From assembly GCF_964355755.1 (NCBI RefSeq), contig NC_092675.1, positions 25,578,912-25,642,911 on the forward strand: a DNA stretch of 64,000 nucleotides. Reading direction: 5' to 3'. The notes below the pieces were generated by a model. The model saw only the letters and a program-made list of their open reading frames with translations. It made no database searches and was not told the origin of the DNA. This DNA comes from Antedon mediterranea (Eukaryota; Animalia; Echinodermata). The position numbers and the translations under genes are program-made. Positions 39,301 through 52,491 of this stretch are shown piece by piece. Numbering within the stretch: position 1 is the stretch's first letter; each line of letters begins with the position of its first letter.

Positions 39301-40531
39301 TATAAAGAGCGACTTTTCACCTAACCATCATTTTTGTGTGATATTAATATAGCTGTTATTATTATTATTGTCATTATATCAAAATAGTACGGTAGTAGGC
39401 TATGTTGTGTTTAGTTGTTTTTGGCAGACAGTTTTTTTTTCAATTGAGTCATGGGGCCTTAAAGGTAAATGTTAAACAAAATAAACAAACATTTGTTATT
39501 AGAAATTGTATTCAAAATATTTTGTTATAAATTGTAAATATTTTCTTCCACAATAGTGCATTTTAAATTTACATAAATATTCCAAATCGATATGTAGAAC
39601 GCTGTAGCAATTAGAAAGAAACCGGACAAAAGATCAAATTCTTCTGATGCGATCAAAGATTTTTTTAAATCTTAAAACTGAAAAGTGTCATTAAAGATGT
39701 ATTGTCCCCCAAAAACATGAACAAATTAAGGTTAATAAAAATTGTTTGTAGTTTCAATAAATTTAATCACTTCCGTAGGAAAAAACGGAAACAAAAATTA
39801 AAGTTTTCACTTATAAAATGACAAAATAAATGATTAAATTCAACCAAAAACCCATTGGCTGACAGCCAATTTGACTATTTTTTTAGGAAAATGCATTTTT
39901 TGCGATCAAATTTTTGGTCAAAGTGGATAACTATGGGTGAGATTAAAATGACATATTCAACAACAAAAATAATAAGAATTAATTTTTCAGGGGGACAATA
40001 CATCTTTAATCTAATTGTTAATTACAATAAATCTTATGAAAAAGTACGGTAACCGTCTACGTACTCTAAAAGACGGATACTCAGCTTAAGTCGTATAAAT
40101 AAATTAAATAGGCCTAAACAAACAAACAATGTACCGGGATTTTGTGTGTATTATTTTTCGGGAAATCGCTTGATAACAATTCAAAAACATTGCAAACTAT
40201 TTAGATCTATCAATAACATGACTTAAACTTCAGTATCAAAGTGTATTTAAACAATCAAAATATCGTGCGTGCAAACTAAATGGATCTTTTTTTGCAAATG
40301 CGATATTGTCAACTAACTGCTGTACAGTTAGACAGTTGAAAGATAAATATAAAAAGACAAACACCGATTGATACAAATTTACTTCATAAACTAAAATTAT
40401 ATCCTAACTAATATTAGCTGTCTTTATATATATTTTTTATTTAGTACTTAGGCCTACTTAATATAGTACTTACCGATGCTGGTCAATAGGACTGTTAACT
40501 TAAGTCGACAGTAACTCGTCATCTTATTCAT
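30396..40531 (-). CDS. GPI-anchored Ig-superfamily protein (signal peptide, helical/ST-rich N-region, 3 Ig, 1 FN3, GPI signal; lachesin/IgLON-like), 582 aa, 12 exons: 40474-40531, 35171-35383, 34874-34921, 34451-34594, 33993-34166, 33065-33382, 32611-32791, 32034-32131, 31651-31811, 31265-31439, 30927-30971, 30396-30529
   Basis: MNKMTSYCRLKLTVLLTSIAVEA signal; Ig motifs LYC..W..DAGNYTC, LFC..W..DTGDYVC, MAC..W..HYGNFTC; FN3 LRW..Y..IENLHPDWSY..NDFGES; hydrophobic C-terminus LLFTFCLLSITLTFGT with no cytoplasmic tail. 1749 nt in frame. The link between exon 1 and exon 2 across 5 kb is inferred from phase and signal-peptide continuity. Confidence 0.85.
33610..33770. mobile_element. Degenerate Harbinger-like MITE (AGCGTGGTTCCCACTAG...)
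   Basis: A related inverted end CTAGTGGAAACCAAGCTTA occurs at about 41475-41493. Confidence 0.45.
39695..40005. mobile_element. MITE with TIR AGATGTATTGTCCCCC and TTAA TSD (Kolobok/piggyBac-like)
   Basis: TTAA|AGATGTATTGTCCCCC ... GGGGGACAATACATCT|TTAA, perfect 16-bp TIR. Confidence 0.85.
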
Positions 40532-42038
40532 CTTGTCAACTACAGTCTTTCAATTATTATGATCTGATTATAAGCTCTGGTCAGTGATAATTAATAAGCG
40601 TACGTACTTCTATTCATCCAATAAAAATCTTTAACACATGACGAGAATGTGATGTTGGCACGCGGGAAAAAGAGCAGACTATGATTCAAAATGCAAACCG
40701 CAGGCGATCACTGATCACTGGGTTATTACACGAATCTTATTATAATGTAACAAGCATTATGAAAAACAGTATAAATGGTCTATGGTGTACTTCGTTTATC
40801 TACTCTCTATATGAGTAGTGATCATGTCTGCTATTCAAGGTTTTGTCAATTTTATACAAAGTAACTGACGATAGCATTAGTTAATGAGCTACATCGGGAA
40901 ATTTAATCAACTTTGATACCAGATCGAGTAAATTAATATCATCATATTGCAATTTGCATTTTAATTTTCTCGAAATTAAAGAAAATACGGTAGGCATATA
41001 CCCTTATTTTCTCTTTTGAGTTGGGAGAAAAATCCATCAGGTTATTAAGAGGATACAATCGTTTTGACAGCGTGTGTGTGTGTATTAATTTGTTGGTAAT
41101 GGTAGTAAGTTGATTTGTTTAATGGACCACGTGTCTTCAAGTTCATTTTCAAAATAATTGAATCTTCCTTAAAACGTAACTGAGTGACAGGTAATTGTCA
41201 GTGCATATAGTGCATGCTGCGAATTATGTCATATTGGTTCGTCATTAACACATTTTCGTTGTATATGTTTACTATGATAAAGTGGATCCAGGATTATGAA
41301 ATATCCTAAACCTATTGGTTGCATTATCTTTTGCGTCATATATTATATATCACCAGGAATGCGCGAATTATAGACACATGGCATAAGCGCAACGCAAGCA
41401 AGTTGACCAATGAAAAGAGAGTTCGAATAACCCATGTCTTGTGATTGGTTGCGCTTACGTCCTTGTATTGCGTACTAGTGGAAACCAAGCTTACACGTTA
41501 TGTTATTGATTAATTTTAATAAAAACTTTTAAAAATTACAATACCAAAATATGTCACAACACAGAAATAATTTTGTTGAAAACATGAGATTTATTTTTCA
41601 ATTAAAAGTACATGTCACAAAGTACGGTACTGCTGCCTAAAACATTTTACATAATGCATGATATTTTAAATACACTTATTCAAAATATTAATTAAAAACA
41701 TTGTTACAGTTGTATGCCCCACAGCATCTTTATTCATTTCAGTTTGACCTTTTCTAAGGTGACTTGTCTCAAATAAATGAATTAAAAAACTGTCAAGCAT
41801 AGCTATTCTGTAGTAATATGTCTACCGCCACCTATAAAGAGCATCTACACTTAAATTGGTCAGCATGGTCAGCATTATTATAGCATAGTTACGTAATAAA
41901 GTTTTCTAAATATTTTGGCACAATTTTTATATCTTATACAAGTCAATAAGCACCTCTTGTTGTATAAAACAATCTAGTCTAAAAATTGATGTTTACTCTT
42001 TCTCCAAGAACTTATAAATCGCAAACGTTTTTTCCTGG

Positions 42039-43124
42039 TTACCATACTTTACATTGTGATAGACTGTCCATAATCACTTTCATCATTTCAGGTGAATCCT
42101 CTTTTAATGCCAAAGTCAATAACACAGGCTTACTGTTCCCAAGTTGATGTAATTTCAAAGCTATATTTCGACCAAAAACATGAGTGACAGGCTGTAAAAT
42201 AAAGTTAATTTTAAATATTATGAAGTAACATAACATTTTATGAAATTTAAAGTTACATTGGAATTCGCAATAAACATTTAACAATTACCTCATCTTTACC
42301 AATAAGCACTTTGGTTTCAAACAATGATTGCTCCAATCCAGAAGTCTCAGCTTCATTAAATATGTACATCTAAAAGTAATATAAATCCAAAAGCAAATTA
42401 CTAAAAATAATGACAATGCTGTGGGTATCAGTGGCTGGAGCTCAATGGAGATACAAAATAAGTAAAACAGCCAGAAAAATAAGCAGAGCTTTCAGGAAAC
42501 ACCAGCCCTTCATCAGTGAAGAATCACTTTACTAAAAGTAATATAACATATATTATATAAAGCAATTTATTCATTCAATAATTATAATTAAATTATATAA
42601 AGTAAATGCTTCTCAGATAAAGATACAGTACCTAAAAGTAATCACAATCATTATTGTAAAATAAGTCTTACCACTGTGCCTAACTTTTGGAACTGAGTCA
42701 CAACCAGCATCAGTTTGTCAGTAAATGAAGTACAAACTATATCTGTATGTATTCCATTGATCTCTACAGCACTCTGTTAAAACAATTGATTAGGTCCCAA
42801 TTCAAAATCTATATTTTCTTTTATTTCTTTGTTTTGATTCCGCACATCATTTAGTTATCGATAATAGAGTAATTACTGGGTCGAAACGACCTGGCCTGAA
42901 TTTGAATAACAACCAACTGCCGCCTGCTAACGTCTAAACAAATAAAGAATCTATCTAGGTAGGCTAGGCCTAGCCATAGAGTGTCTATATTTCACCACAT
43001 TTTGTAAATGTAGGTAATGTAACTTTAAGTAATATTGTAAATACATTTATATCGTTTAAACTAGCTTTAAACGGATTAATACCTTCTTTGATTGTGGAAC
43101 AATTTCCACGCTACCTGCAGCCAT
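42039..43124 (-). CDS. PSMG3: Proteasome assembly chaperone 3, 125 aa, 4 exons: 43083-43124, 42672-42773, 42289-42369, 42039-42191
   Basis: INGIHTDIVCTSFTDKLMLVVTQFQKLGTV, TKVLIGKDEPVTHVFGRNI, VLLTLALKEDS...CKVW. Confidence 0.93.
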
Positions 43125-43368
43125 ACTACTTCTGCTCTAAGAAACAATAATAAACAAGTAAGATTAGTTATACATTTTTAAATGTTTTTCCAGATTATAT
43201 GATAACAAAATAACTATAATAATTTTTTTTATAGTTGATGAATATTGTTTTATACAAATAAAATGATTTTTCTCTTGAGTTTGTAATACATTTATATCTT
43301 ATTAAAATACTTTTTTATGATTAGGCATAGGTCAGAGAATTATGTTGACCTGTAAAATGTAAACAGAA
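43125..43368. promoter_or_regulatory. Probable bidirectional promoter for PSMG3 and P4HTM
   Basis: Divergent start codons separated by only 244 bp. Confidence 0.6.
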
Positions 43369-46300
43369 ATGAGGTTCTGCAAAGTTCTTGATACATTTTT
43401 TATTATTTTATTAATTAATTCAGCTTATTGTGATAGTGAAAATAAGTATTCTGATTCTAAAAAACCTTCTGATGCTTGCAACGGGAAAGAAAACGATCAA
43501 AATGATTACTGTAGCAAATTAGAAGCTAAAAAATTGACACGGCTAGATGGAGTTGAGGTACGTATAGTACCTATTATATAGGGAGGCTAGCCTAGGCTAC
43601 AAAACCTTTAAAAAAAAAATATAGCATTTAATAGATAGGCCGTGCCGGCTCCATGGTTACGTGTGGGGAGAGTAATTTTTGCTAGATAATGATAATATAA
43701 AGGCCTAGGCCTAGTAGATTCTAGAATAATGATTAATTATAATTGCTGGCTCTTGTTTGAGTAGGCCTATAGAAAAATAAATTATATTATATTTTAATAA
43801 TAATATTATTTTTTCAATACAAAAATATAAATAATGTAATTATATTATAATAAGCATGTGTTTGTGACTAATTAGTGTCTATATTCACACAAAAGAATTA
43901 AAATCTCGTTATTTAATTTTATTTAAAACAAGTATGTGTAAAATAAAGTATTTCAGTTTTAGGGTTCAGTATAGATAAAATATTTCCTGTTTTCGTTGTT
44001 TTTTTAAGGTTGGATTCTCTCGTGAAGTGAAGGTAGAAGGAGACAAAATTTTACACCTGTCGACGTTGAATATGAAACCATTACTTTTTGGTAAATAGTA
44101 ATGCATAATGAACTGGTCATCAAAACTTATAAATGCAGTATTAAGGGCACACATTGGGACTCAACAAAGTGTCGACCCTTTAATAGTGTCCCTAGGCCTG
44201 AATTAACAAAGTGTCGACCATTTAATAGTGTCCCCTGAATTAACAAATCGTCCCTTATAGTGACCCCTAATAAGGTTTGACCTTTTCCCTTGTTCGTAAA
44301 GTGTCCCATTAATGAATAGGAATAACAATCTTGGTATAGTAACTTTAAAACCATTTCCCCCCATATGTCTTACATATGTATATGTTTTAATTCCAGAAAT
44401 AAAAGATTTCTTGACCAAAAAAGAATGTAGTCATATTATATCTCTTGCCACCAAAGTTGGAATTAAAAGCAGTGTGACGCATCAGGAGACCAATGTTGAT
44501 GGTATAAGAATTATGGATAATAATGGTGACAAGATGCTGGATATTACAGAGGTAATTTTATTCCCCCTCTTAAGTTCTGTCTACACTATCAAACAAGACA
44601 AGAAAAGTATGATGTGCTCAAATATGGTAGTATTGCTCAAATATGATAGTGATATGACATCATCATGTCTATTGGGCACATCATATTTTTTGTCACATAA
44701 AGTTTGATAGTGTAGACAGAGCTTAACAGGTCTTTCACACATGTTCCGGCACGGTTCCCGTCAGGTGTAAAGACCCTTTTAATAATGAAACTTCCAGTTG
44801 ATTATTTAGAGCATACCTGCCAATATTTTTACCAATGTAAAATTGATAGGTTATCTATGTCAACGCTTGTATTTCACCTGCATGTACAAAGCAAGTAATG
44901 AGAAGAAGATAAATATAATATATTTTTATATTGATTTATAATTTTTTTTTTTTTAGCCTACCATAAAAATAATGTACTCTTTTTATTTTTTAGATGAAAA
45001 TAACAATTGAAGATAATTATGATATTTATCTTGATGATGCTGATATTAGAACACTGTAAGTTGATTTACATCCTTTAAAGTCCATCTAGGCCAAGAAGAA
45101 GCCTACAAAATGCTTTTGTAACTATCCTTCATTAATCATTTAGTTGTCTTTGGTACAGTAGTTTTTCACATTTCTCAGCAGTCTTGATTTTTTTTTAACA
45201 CATCAAATTGTGAGTAACTTGCCAAATTAATTGATGGATAAAGTATTACCATGCTTATTTGAGACTTAGGCAGGGAAAAATTTCATTTGAAAATTTTGTT
45301 TAGCAAAATTGCTAATCAAACTGATTTTTTAGACAAGAAACATAGTTTTGTATTGTATTTTTTGCTACACAATTGTAGAAATGTGTAGCAAAAAGGTTGT
45401 TTTGTATAGCTTTTTGCTATGCTACACTGGTGAAATTATTCCCTGTTAGGGAGGTGACCACTGGACCTAGCTTACCTTGGAATTAGAAGTTATATAGTCA
45501 TTGAAATTCATATTTTTTCACAGTTATGCTGATTTAGAAATTGACCCAAATAAAGATGGTAAGTAAATCTTAATTGGTTTGTAACATTCATTTATTTAAT
45601 TAATCTGTACTACAATAAAATGTTGTATATTTGCACAATATTAGAATATAAACTGTACCCAATGAAATACATATCTGTAAGTGTAAGATTGAACACATTT
45701 ACAAAAGGTGTGAAAGGTATTTCGTTGTTGTTGATTTATATAACCTAATGCCAGGCTTTCACTAAAACCCACTTAAATCTGTGAAAAACCATTTTACCTT
45801 TAAATCAATAAAAATAAATTATAATTTACTAAAATGGTGTAATTTCAAATTGTTTAATTTTAGAGGAATTAGTCTATAGTATGAATATTTATTTTAACTA
45901 AATTCGCATGAGCAATAAAATTCTACTTGATTACTTTTGATTATCTTATAAATACATAATTGTCGTGTTGATTATATTATATTGTGATATGCTTGTTTGT
46001 TATTATCTTTAAAGACATTGTTACCAAAGATGAGATGTTGAAACTTTCTCCCAAGGACTTGAGGGCATACCTGAACAATCTTGTCACGACTTCACCAATT
46101 AAGAAATCTCGCTTCAGTGAACAAGCTTGGATTTTCCCAAATGAACACAAAGATAAGCTGTTGGATACCATTACAGACAGGTGAGGAAATGTACTGTAGT
46201 TTTTCACAACTTTCCTTTTTTTACTAATTCAGATAAAATGGTAGAAGTAAATAATATGAATCCCATATAAATAAATTACCTCCCTCTGAACCATGTTACG

Positions 46301-47505
46301 GCCTATCTGAGGTTTACTGTATGTCAGCTCTTTGAGTGATTTTTTTCTTTTTTGAATATGAGAGACATAGTTATTTACCAATAACTACTTATATTATTAA
46401 AGGTTAAAGAATATTCTTGAACTGCCTCCTGTTTTAATTGACAAATACAATGCCATCCAAGTTGTCCACTATGGCAGACATGGTCACTATAACGCTCACC
46501 AAGATTCTGGATCCACTGACCAACCTTGCTGCCATCTTCACAGCAACAAGAAATGCAGCATCTGTCGATACTTAACGTTCATGCTTTATTTGAATGACGT
46601 TGAGGAGGGCGGTGAGACTGCATTCCCCATCGCTAACAACGAGACATTTAATATTCATGTAAGTGTATCAGTTGTAATGAATTTGCTTCTCAACACCATA
46701 TTGTCAATATGGTCTGTTCAAGATCATTCATTCATTTGTAAATCTTCTAATAGTAACCCACACTCTAATAGTAACCTCCTTCTAATAGTAACCCCCCCCC
46801 CTTCTAATAGTAACCTCCTTCTAATAGTAACCCCCCCCCTTCTAATAGTAACCCCCTTCTAATTGTAACCCCCCCCCCTTCTAATTGTAACCCACACTTT
46901 AATAGTAACCCCTTCTAATAGTAACCCCCACGCCTTCTAATAGTAACCCACACTCTAATAGTAACCCACACTCTAATAGTACCCCCCACCCTTCTAATAG
47001 TAACCCACACTCTAATAGTAACCCCCCCCCCCCCACTTCTAATAGTAACCCACACTCTAATAAGTGTGGGTTACTAATAGAAGGGAGATTACTATTAGAG
47101 TGAGGGTTACTATTAGAAGATTTACGGTGACATATTATAGCTCTCCTTCTATCTCTCTTCTCCAACCAACTTCTCCTGGTGGAACTGTGTATTTTAGCAT
47201 TTTTCATGTTGTATCATTGAACATTGATTTTGTTAATATTATTTGCTATCATATTGTAGACTTTCCGCCAAAGCGGCAACACCCATCTAAACAGCCGATG
47301 CAACCAGGCTAACCTAAGAGTGAAACCAGAGCTAGGAAAAGCTGTTATCTGGTACAATCACTTAGTTGATGAAGAGACTGGATGGCTAGGGGATTTGGAT
47401 GATTACACATGGCACGGAGGATGTCCAGTTACGAAGGGAACAAAATGGATCATGAATCGTTGGATTAATGTGAGTCCGGATAGAGAAATCGATCTCAGGA
47501 TATAA
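43369..47505 (+). CDS. P4HTM: Transmembrane prolyl 4-hydroxylase-like protein (EF-hand plus 2OG-Fe(II) domain), 396 aa, 8 exons: 43369-43557, 44009-44090, 44397-44551, 44994-45055, 45524-45558, 46015-46180, 46403-46658, 47260-47505
   Basis: [29 protein letters not shown]-hand loops [12 protein letters not shown] and [72 protein letters not shown]; 1191 nt in frame. Confidence 0.9.
44573..44723. mobile_element. Complete Harbinger-like MITE copy
   Basis: TTA|AGTTCTGTCTACACTATCAAAC ... GTTTGATAGTGTAGACAGAGCT|TAA. Confidence 0.85.
46737..47127. mobile_element. Foldback MITE with CTAATAGTAACCC tandem units in P4HTM intron 7
   Basis: GTAAATCTTCTAATAGTAACCC is mirrored by GGGTTACTATTAGAAGATTTACGG; the left arm is expanded into many 17-22 bp units. 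Confidence 0.85.
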
Positions 47506-50500
47506 TACATTTTGATTTTCTCACAATAGGTTCATTGATCATGATTCCACTGATCATGATCAAGGCGTGTTATGTGATATAATAACATGATTATCTTAAC
47601 TACTTTAGCATGATCAAGTGGAGCATGATAGAGAAACATGATTAACCTTGTTTAACATGCTGAAATCAATAAATAAGATAATAAATCAGCTATGATTTAG
47701 TACGTCATTCTACACAACCGTATTGGTCAATTTTACATGCCTCATTAGCATAAGTAGTTCATGATCTACTTTCTATTTTTATCATGCTTAACTTATCATG
47801 ATGATAATTAAGTCAAGGTATTTTAAATGAACATAACCATTGTCCCACCCTAGACTGTATTACTTCTGGACAGTTTTTCTAATCTGATTACTTTAAATAA
47901 CAGATAATCTTCTATGAAATCCCCTATCTTCTTTCAGTTGGTACTGTAAGTTTAAAAGCTACTTGGCTCTTTAATTTAAATCAGAACGAGATTTTAAATT
48001 TTAAAAACCAGAAGAATAATGTTACAAATAGTAGATATGTATGTCACTGTATTTTTAAAAGTAAAGTAAAAGTACTTAAAAAATATGCAAATAATTATTT
48101 TGTGCAATAAACTGTTTTCGCGGCGAATTCTGGTTATTATCAATTAGATTAAGATTTGTGACTAGTGCCTTATATAATGTTCTATGTAATTAATAAATAA
48201 TTTTCACCACCGAAGACATATGAAATTATATTTTTTTTTAAAGTATGGAATACTTAGGCCTACTTGACATACATATGCGGTCATGATGATAATTCGTTTT
48301 ATGTATTTTTATAATCATTGTTATTGTTGTAAAATAGATTATATTATTACTTTCCAAGTATTGATAATAGGCCTACAAATATTTTACAGTACCTGCTTTA
48401 TATGCATTATTAATTTTATTTTGTTAACAATTTTTACATTTTTCCTTAGGCCTAATTTTATTTTAAACAAATACAAATTGATTTTTGGTAGGAAGATCGA
48501 TGTACTATAATTATTGTTATTAAGATTATGCTGTATATTTTTAAATGGGCCGATATTATAATAATAATAATAATATTTATTTGGTCATCAATGAAAAAAA
48601 ATAAAATATTGCTTAAAAGAAGAAGAAATATAATCAATTATTAAAATTAAAATCTCGAGTTAGAATATGGGCCGAAATATTAAATAGCACGCCCTCTGTC
48701 GCTTTCTGAATTTTGCTACAAGTATTCATTTTTATTATTGTTTTTCTTGTTTTGAATGAAAGTAAAAGGATGTTAACCATCTTTCTAAAATTCACATAGA
48801 CATTTTGTTTAGATAGTTTTATAATATGGCATAGAAGAGAGAAGGGCGGCCCAGTTAATGCACTTTATTATTTGTCACAATGTTTTATTGTCATTTAAAT
48901 GATTCAGGGAAACTTCTTGGAGCATTTAATTATGAAAAGATTGACTTGTGATTGACTTCAGTTTATAAAATCACCACACCATGTCATGCATGGTCGCCAT
49001 AACTGAAATACATCAGCAATACAATTATACTCGATGAATAGACGGGCATTCCAATGCATCTGTTGGTTGTTTAATCTACGACAGAAAAATCCCCACTGAA
49101 TGCACTTGAACAAAAGAATGAAATACTTGAAACTTCAATGCCTTTTGAAATCGTACTTTAAGTAAATCTTTGAACAAACAACATGCTAAACTCACTGAAA
49201 TTGATGTTGTCTTAACCGAAACCATTATCACAACTGTAATGTGCTTTATACAAATATAACTATGTACCGATAGCGTGGGTACGAAAAGTAATTATTTATA
49301 TTAGGCCTAGTATGTGTGTGTATTCAAACTTTAGGTTGTAATAATAACTCGTGGGTAAAACCGTGTGCAGAGTAACAAAACATAATTGGTTATGCTTGAA
49401 AATCGTCTCGCTTGACTAGTAGACCGATACATCCGTTAACTTTGATCGAATGAAACAACAAGGAGTACTTTCAATCATTGCCAACCGACTGGAGCGTATC
49501 CCCCATAGGAAACTAAAGACACCGTTACAAAAAATGCGTTTAAATGGAATGATGTTTACACATCTATACATGTTTCTTTTTCGTGTACAGTACTTAATTT
49601 TTCGTACAGTAGCATACAACACAGATAGCAGCCTGCTATAAAACGCAATGTCTTTGTCTGCTATTATATTTCATAATTAAAAATTACGATAAAAACGAAC
49701 GGACTCCCGTGAAGTGCGTCTGCTGTGGTCCGAATTGATTTCTATTGTCAAAAAATATTAGTAATTACTTAGTGACAGATATGAATATTAATAAGTCAAC
49801 ATGGTGTTGTGAACACTGTATCACGTGCACTCTGGCATTGAACCTGTCTCATAAACATACGGAAGATGAACTCTTATTGATTTATTTTAATATTAATTCT
49901 ATCAAGAATATTATCAGGCATTATTATTATAATTGATGAGGCACCGGTGGATGATGCGTCATCCGAAAACTGCAAATGCAAGAAGCGGACAGTTTAGGCC
50001 TAAAAAATAGTTTGTTATGGTATACTCTGGTTGATATATCGGGCCCTGAAACAGAGTTAGGCCTACTTAGCTTATGAAAGCAAAATTGTATTTAAATATG
50101 TTTCTCAGGCGGTTCCGTAATCTCTTTTTTCGTAACAAAACAAAAATGGATTGAAATGCAAAAATGTTACGGATGCGGATTTATCTTGAAATTGTTTTAC
50201 TGTACTTGCAATTTCTTATCTAGTAAGACTATATTCACGATATACATTTTACTTTTATTAGAATACTTATACAAAATAATAATCCAATGATTCAAGGAAA
50301 CGTGGCGAAAGACATGTAACCGTACTAGGCCTACTATAAAGATGGCAAGAGTTATAGGCGCGGCTCACCTATGTACAATTAATACTGTACAAATATAAAA
50401 ATGCTATGGAGAAATGCAATGGAATAATATCTGTATTAATAATACAGATATTATTACTGTATACCATCGTAAACACTATTTCCAAAACGGTAAAAGGATG

Positions 50501-50768
50501 GAAATGGATAGATATTGGATTTTATGTTACGATCGATTCTAATTTAATTAGTAACTCATAATACGTTTGCAGTAATCCGAAAGCGGAATATAATAAAACA
50601 CAACACTAACCCTAGTCAAGTACATTTACAAAACGATCAATGAATAATACAATAATAATGGGTGTGACCACTCCTTAAAATAACACATTGTATATAGTTC
50701 ACACTTTTGGTAACTGCTAAATAGCTGATGTATGGAATGTAACAATACAGTAGCTAGAATTCGTCATA

Positions 50769-50949
50769 CCTACTTACTTAAGCCTTGTTACACCTAGCAA
50801 TGCATAGGCCTTCAACTACACGTCTCCATCTTACACGGTTCTGGGAAATTCCTTCCTCCACTGTCCTGAGTTGTAGCCTGCATCCTTTCACCTCCTTTTC
50901 CAGTTCTCTACTCCATGTGTTCATTGGGTGTCCTCTATTTCGTTTTCCT
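50769..50949 (-). mobile_element. RTE-clade LINE 3' end
   Basis: Minus-strand GKRNRGHPMNTWSRELEKEV...QNRVRWRRVVEGLC matches the typical RTE ORF C-terminus, followed by a TAAG-repeat tail. Confidence 0.8.
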
Positions 50950-51659
50950 CAAAATTTCAAATTCAAAGAATTCGTCATAATGAACTTAATTTAGCATTTT
51001 TTAATCTGGAAGAATAATAATTTTGCTTTACAAAAATCGAAGCTTTTTCAATAAAATAATTGTTTGCGAATATGAAATTGGTTCAGCGCACTTTTTTTGT
51101 CAGCTCTATTTACATTTATGTCATCTTTTATCGTTTACGGTACTTTATAATGAAATTGCGGCTTAATGCATTCAATAATCCCAGAAGTTATTAATATTCT
51201 TCGATGCGATTTATTATAACATAGAGGAAAACAGTTAAGCTTATTTTTCTTCATGAATAAAAAGACCTGGTATTTTACAATGGAATAAAAAGTTCAAATC
51301 AAAATGTACTAACCAAGTGTCAACTAAAAGATGAACAAATAAAGATTGAAACAGCTAGAATTATAATTGCTTGCCTCACATACCTTATTCTGAGTTTGTA
51401 TATTATCATATAAAATTAACTAAGGATGTATTATTTACAGTATTATAATAATTATATATTTTGTTAATGAGGCATACACGTACAAAATAACAATAAATTT
51501 GTTTTTCAATTCAACTTTTATTTCAGACAATTGTCCATATGGTATAATACATTACAAAGAGAGAAAAAAAGATGAAGGAGAGAGAGAGAGATGTAGGCCT
51601 AGTAACTTTTTGAGGGGGAAAACACAAGAAAAATATCCAAATTAGAATTTGTTTTTAAA

Positions 51660-52491
51660 AACATGGCATACGATTATGCATAGCTCTTGAAAATCGTTTT
51701 GACTCCTGTAAATTTATTCTTCAAGGGTCCCCCTCCTGGTCAAATACTTAATGATCTTGTACAAATAGCGTTCTAAGGAATTCTAAAGAAAAGGGTAAAT
51801 AGAACCTGAGGGAGTGTACTTTTAGATCGTGTTCACTATGAATAGATTTCAATAGAAGATTTACTTGGTGCATGCATAATGCCGTCTTTTGTTACGAGAA
51901 CACTGCATATTCAATAAAGCTCTTTTTATAAGGTAATGACGAGCTTTTCTATATGCAAGCCGTAGGCATTGAGAAATTGCTTATGCTTTCGTGACAGGAA
52001 GCTACTAAACGAAACTTTTCCAGGCCATTTTGGTTCCGCTGTTTGGCTGGCAAACATACGACGTAAGATTCTGTTTCTGCTGGTTTTCTGGGGTGAATTA
52101 TTAAGGAAGACTTGATCGTTAAGTTGGATTCTACGTACTGTACTCTAATTGGATATCCATATATTTTAGTGCTGGGCTTACAATCGTTAACTCCACCCTT
52201 TTACAGAAAATCAATCGTTCATCTGGCGCGAAGAAAGCCAGTAAATCGTCTGATCGATTGAACAAGAACAAGTAGAGAGGATAAGCACGTCAAGCTTCGA
52301 AGACTTCTTGAAATATCGGTGGTCAACTCTGTGTTTTTATCAGGATCGTTGAACCGTACGCTGGAGAAACTCTCTTCATGATTGGGGAAGACCACGTATG
52401 TTTGAACCAACGCTTCACTGAACTGTAAAGAAAACATTTTTCTATCAGAACCGGTCAACTGTGAGAAGTACTGCTCATCATCATGATGCAA
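51660..52491 (-). pseudogene. Unidentified disrupted coding-like segment
   Basis: Higher GC and CpG than its flanks, with successive open stretches of 50-90 codons in shifting minus-strand frames; no family recognised. Confidence 0.25.

Noticed and set aside
46899-47207. ORF with LLECG repeats
   Set aside because: It is a translation of the foldback MITE array in an intron.
15049-47505. Two prolyl hydroxylases plus a metal transporter as a functional cluster
   Set aside because: The enzymes belong to different families and compartments and are separated by unrelated genes; there is no evidence beyond proximity.
49932-49972. Possible hammerhead ribozyme (TGATGAG...CGAAA)
   Set aside because: It lacks the conserved C of CUGAUGA and I could not build stems I and III.
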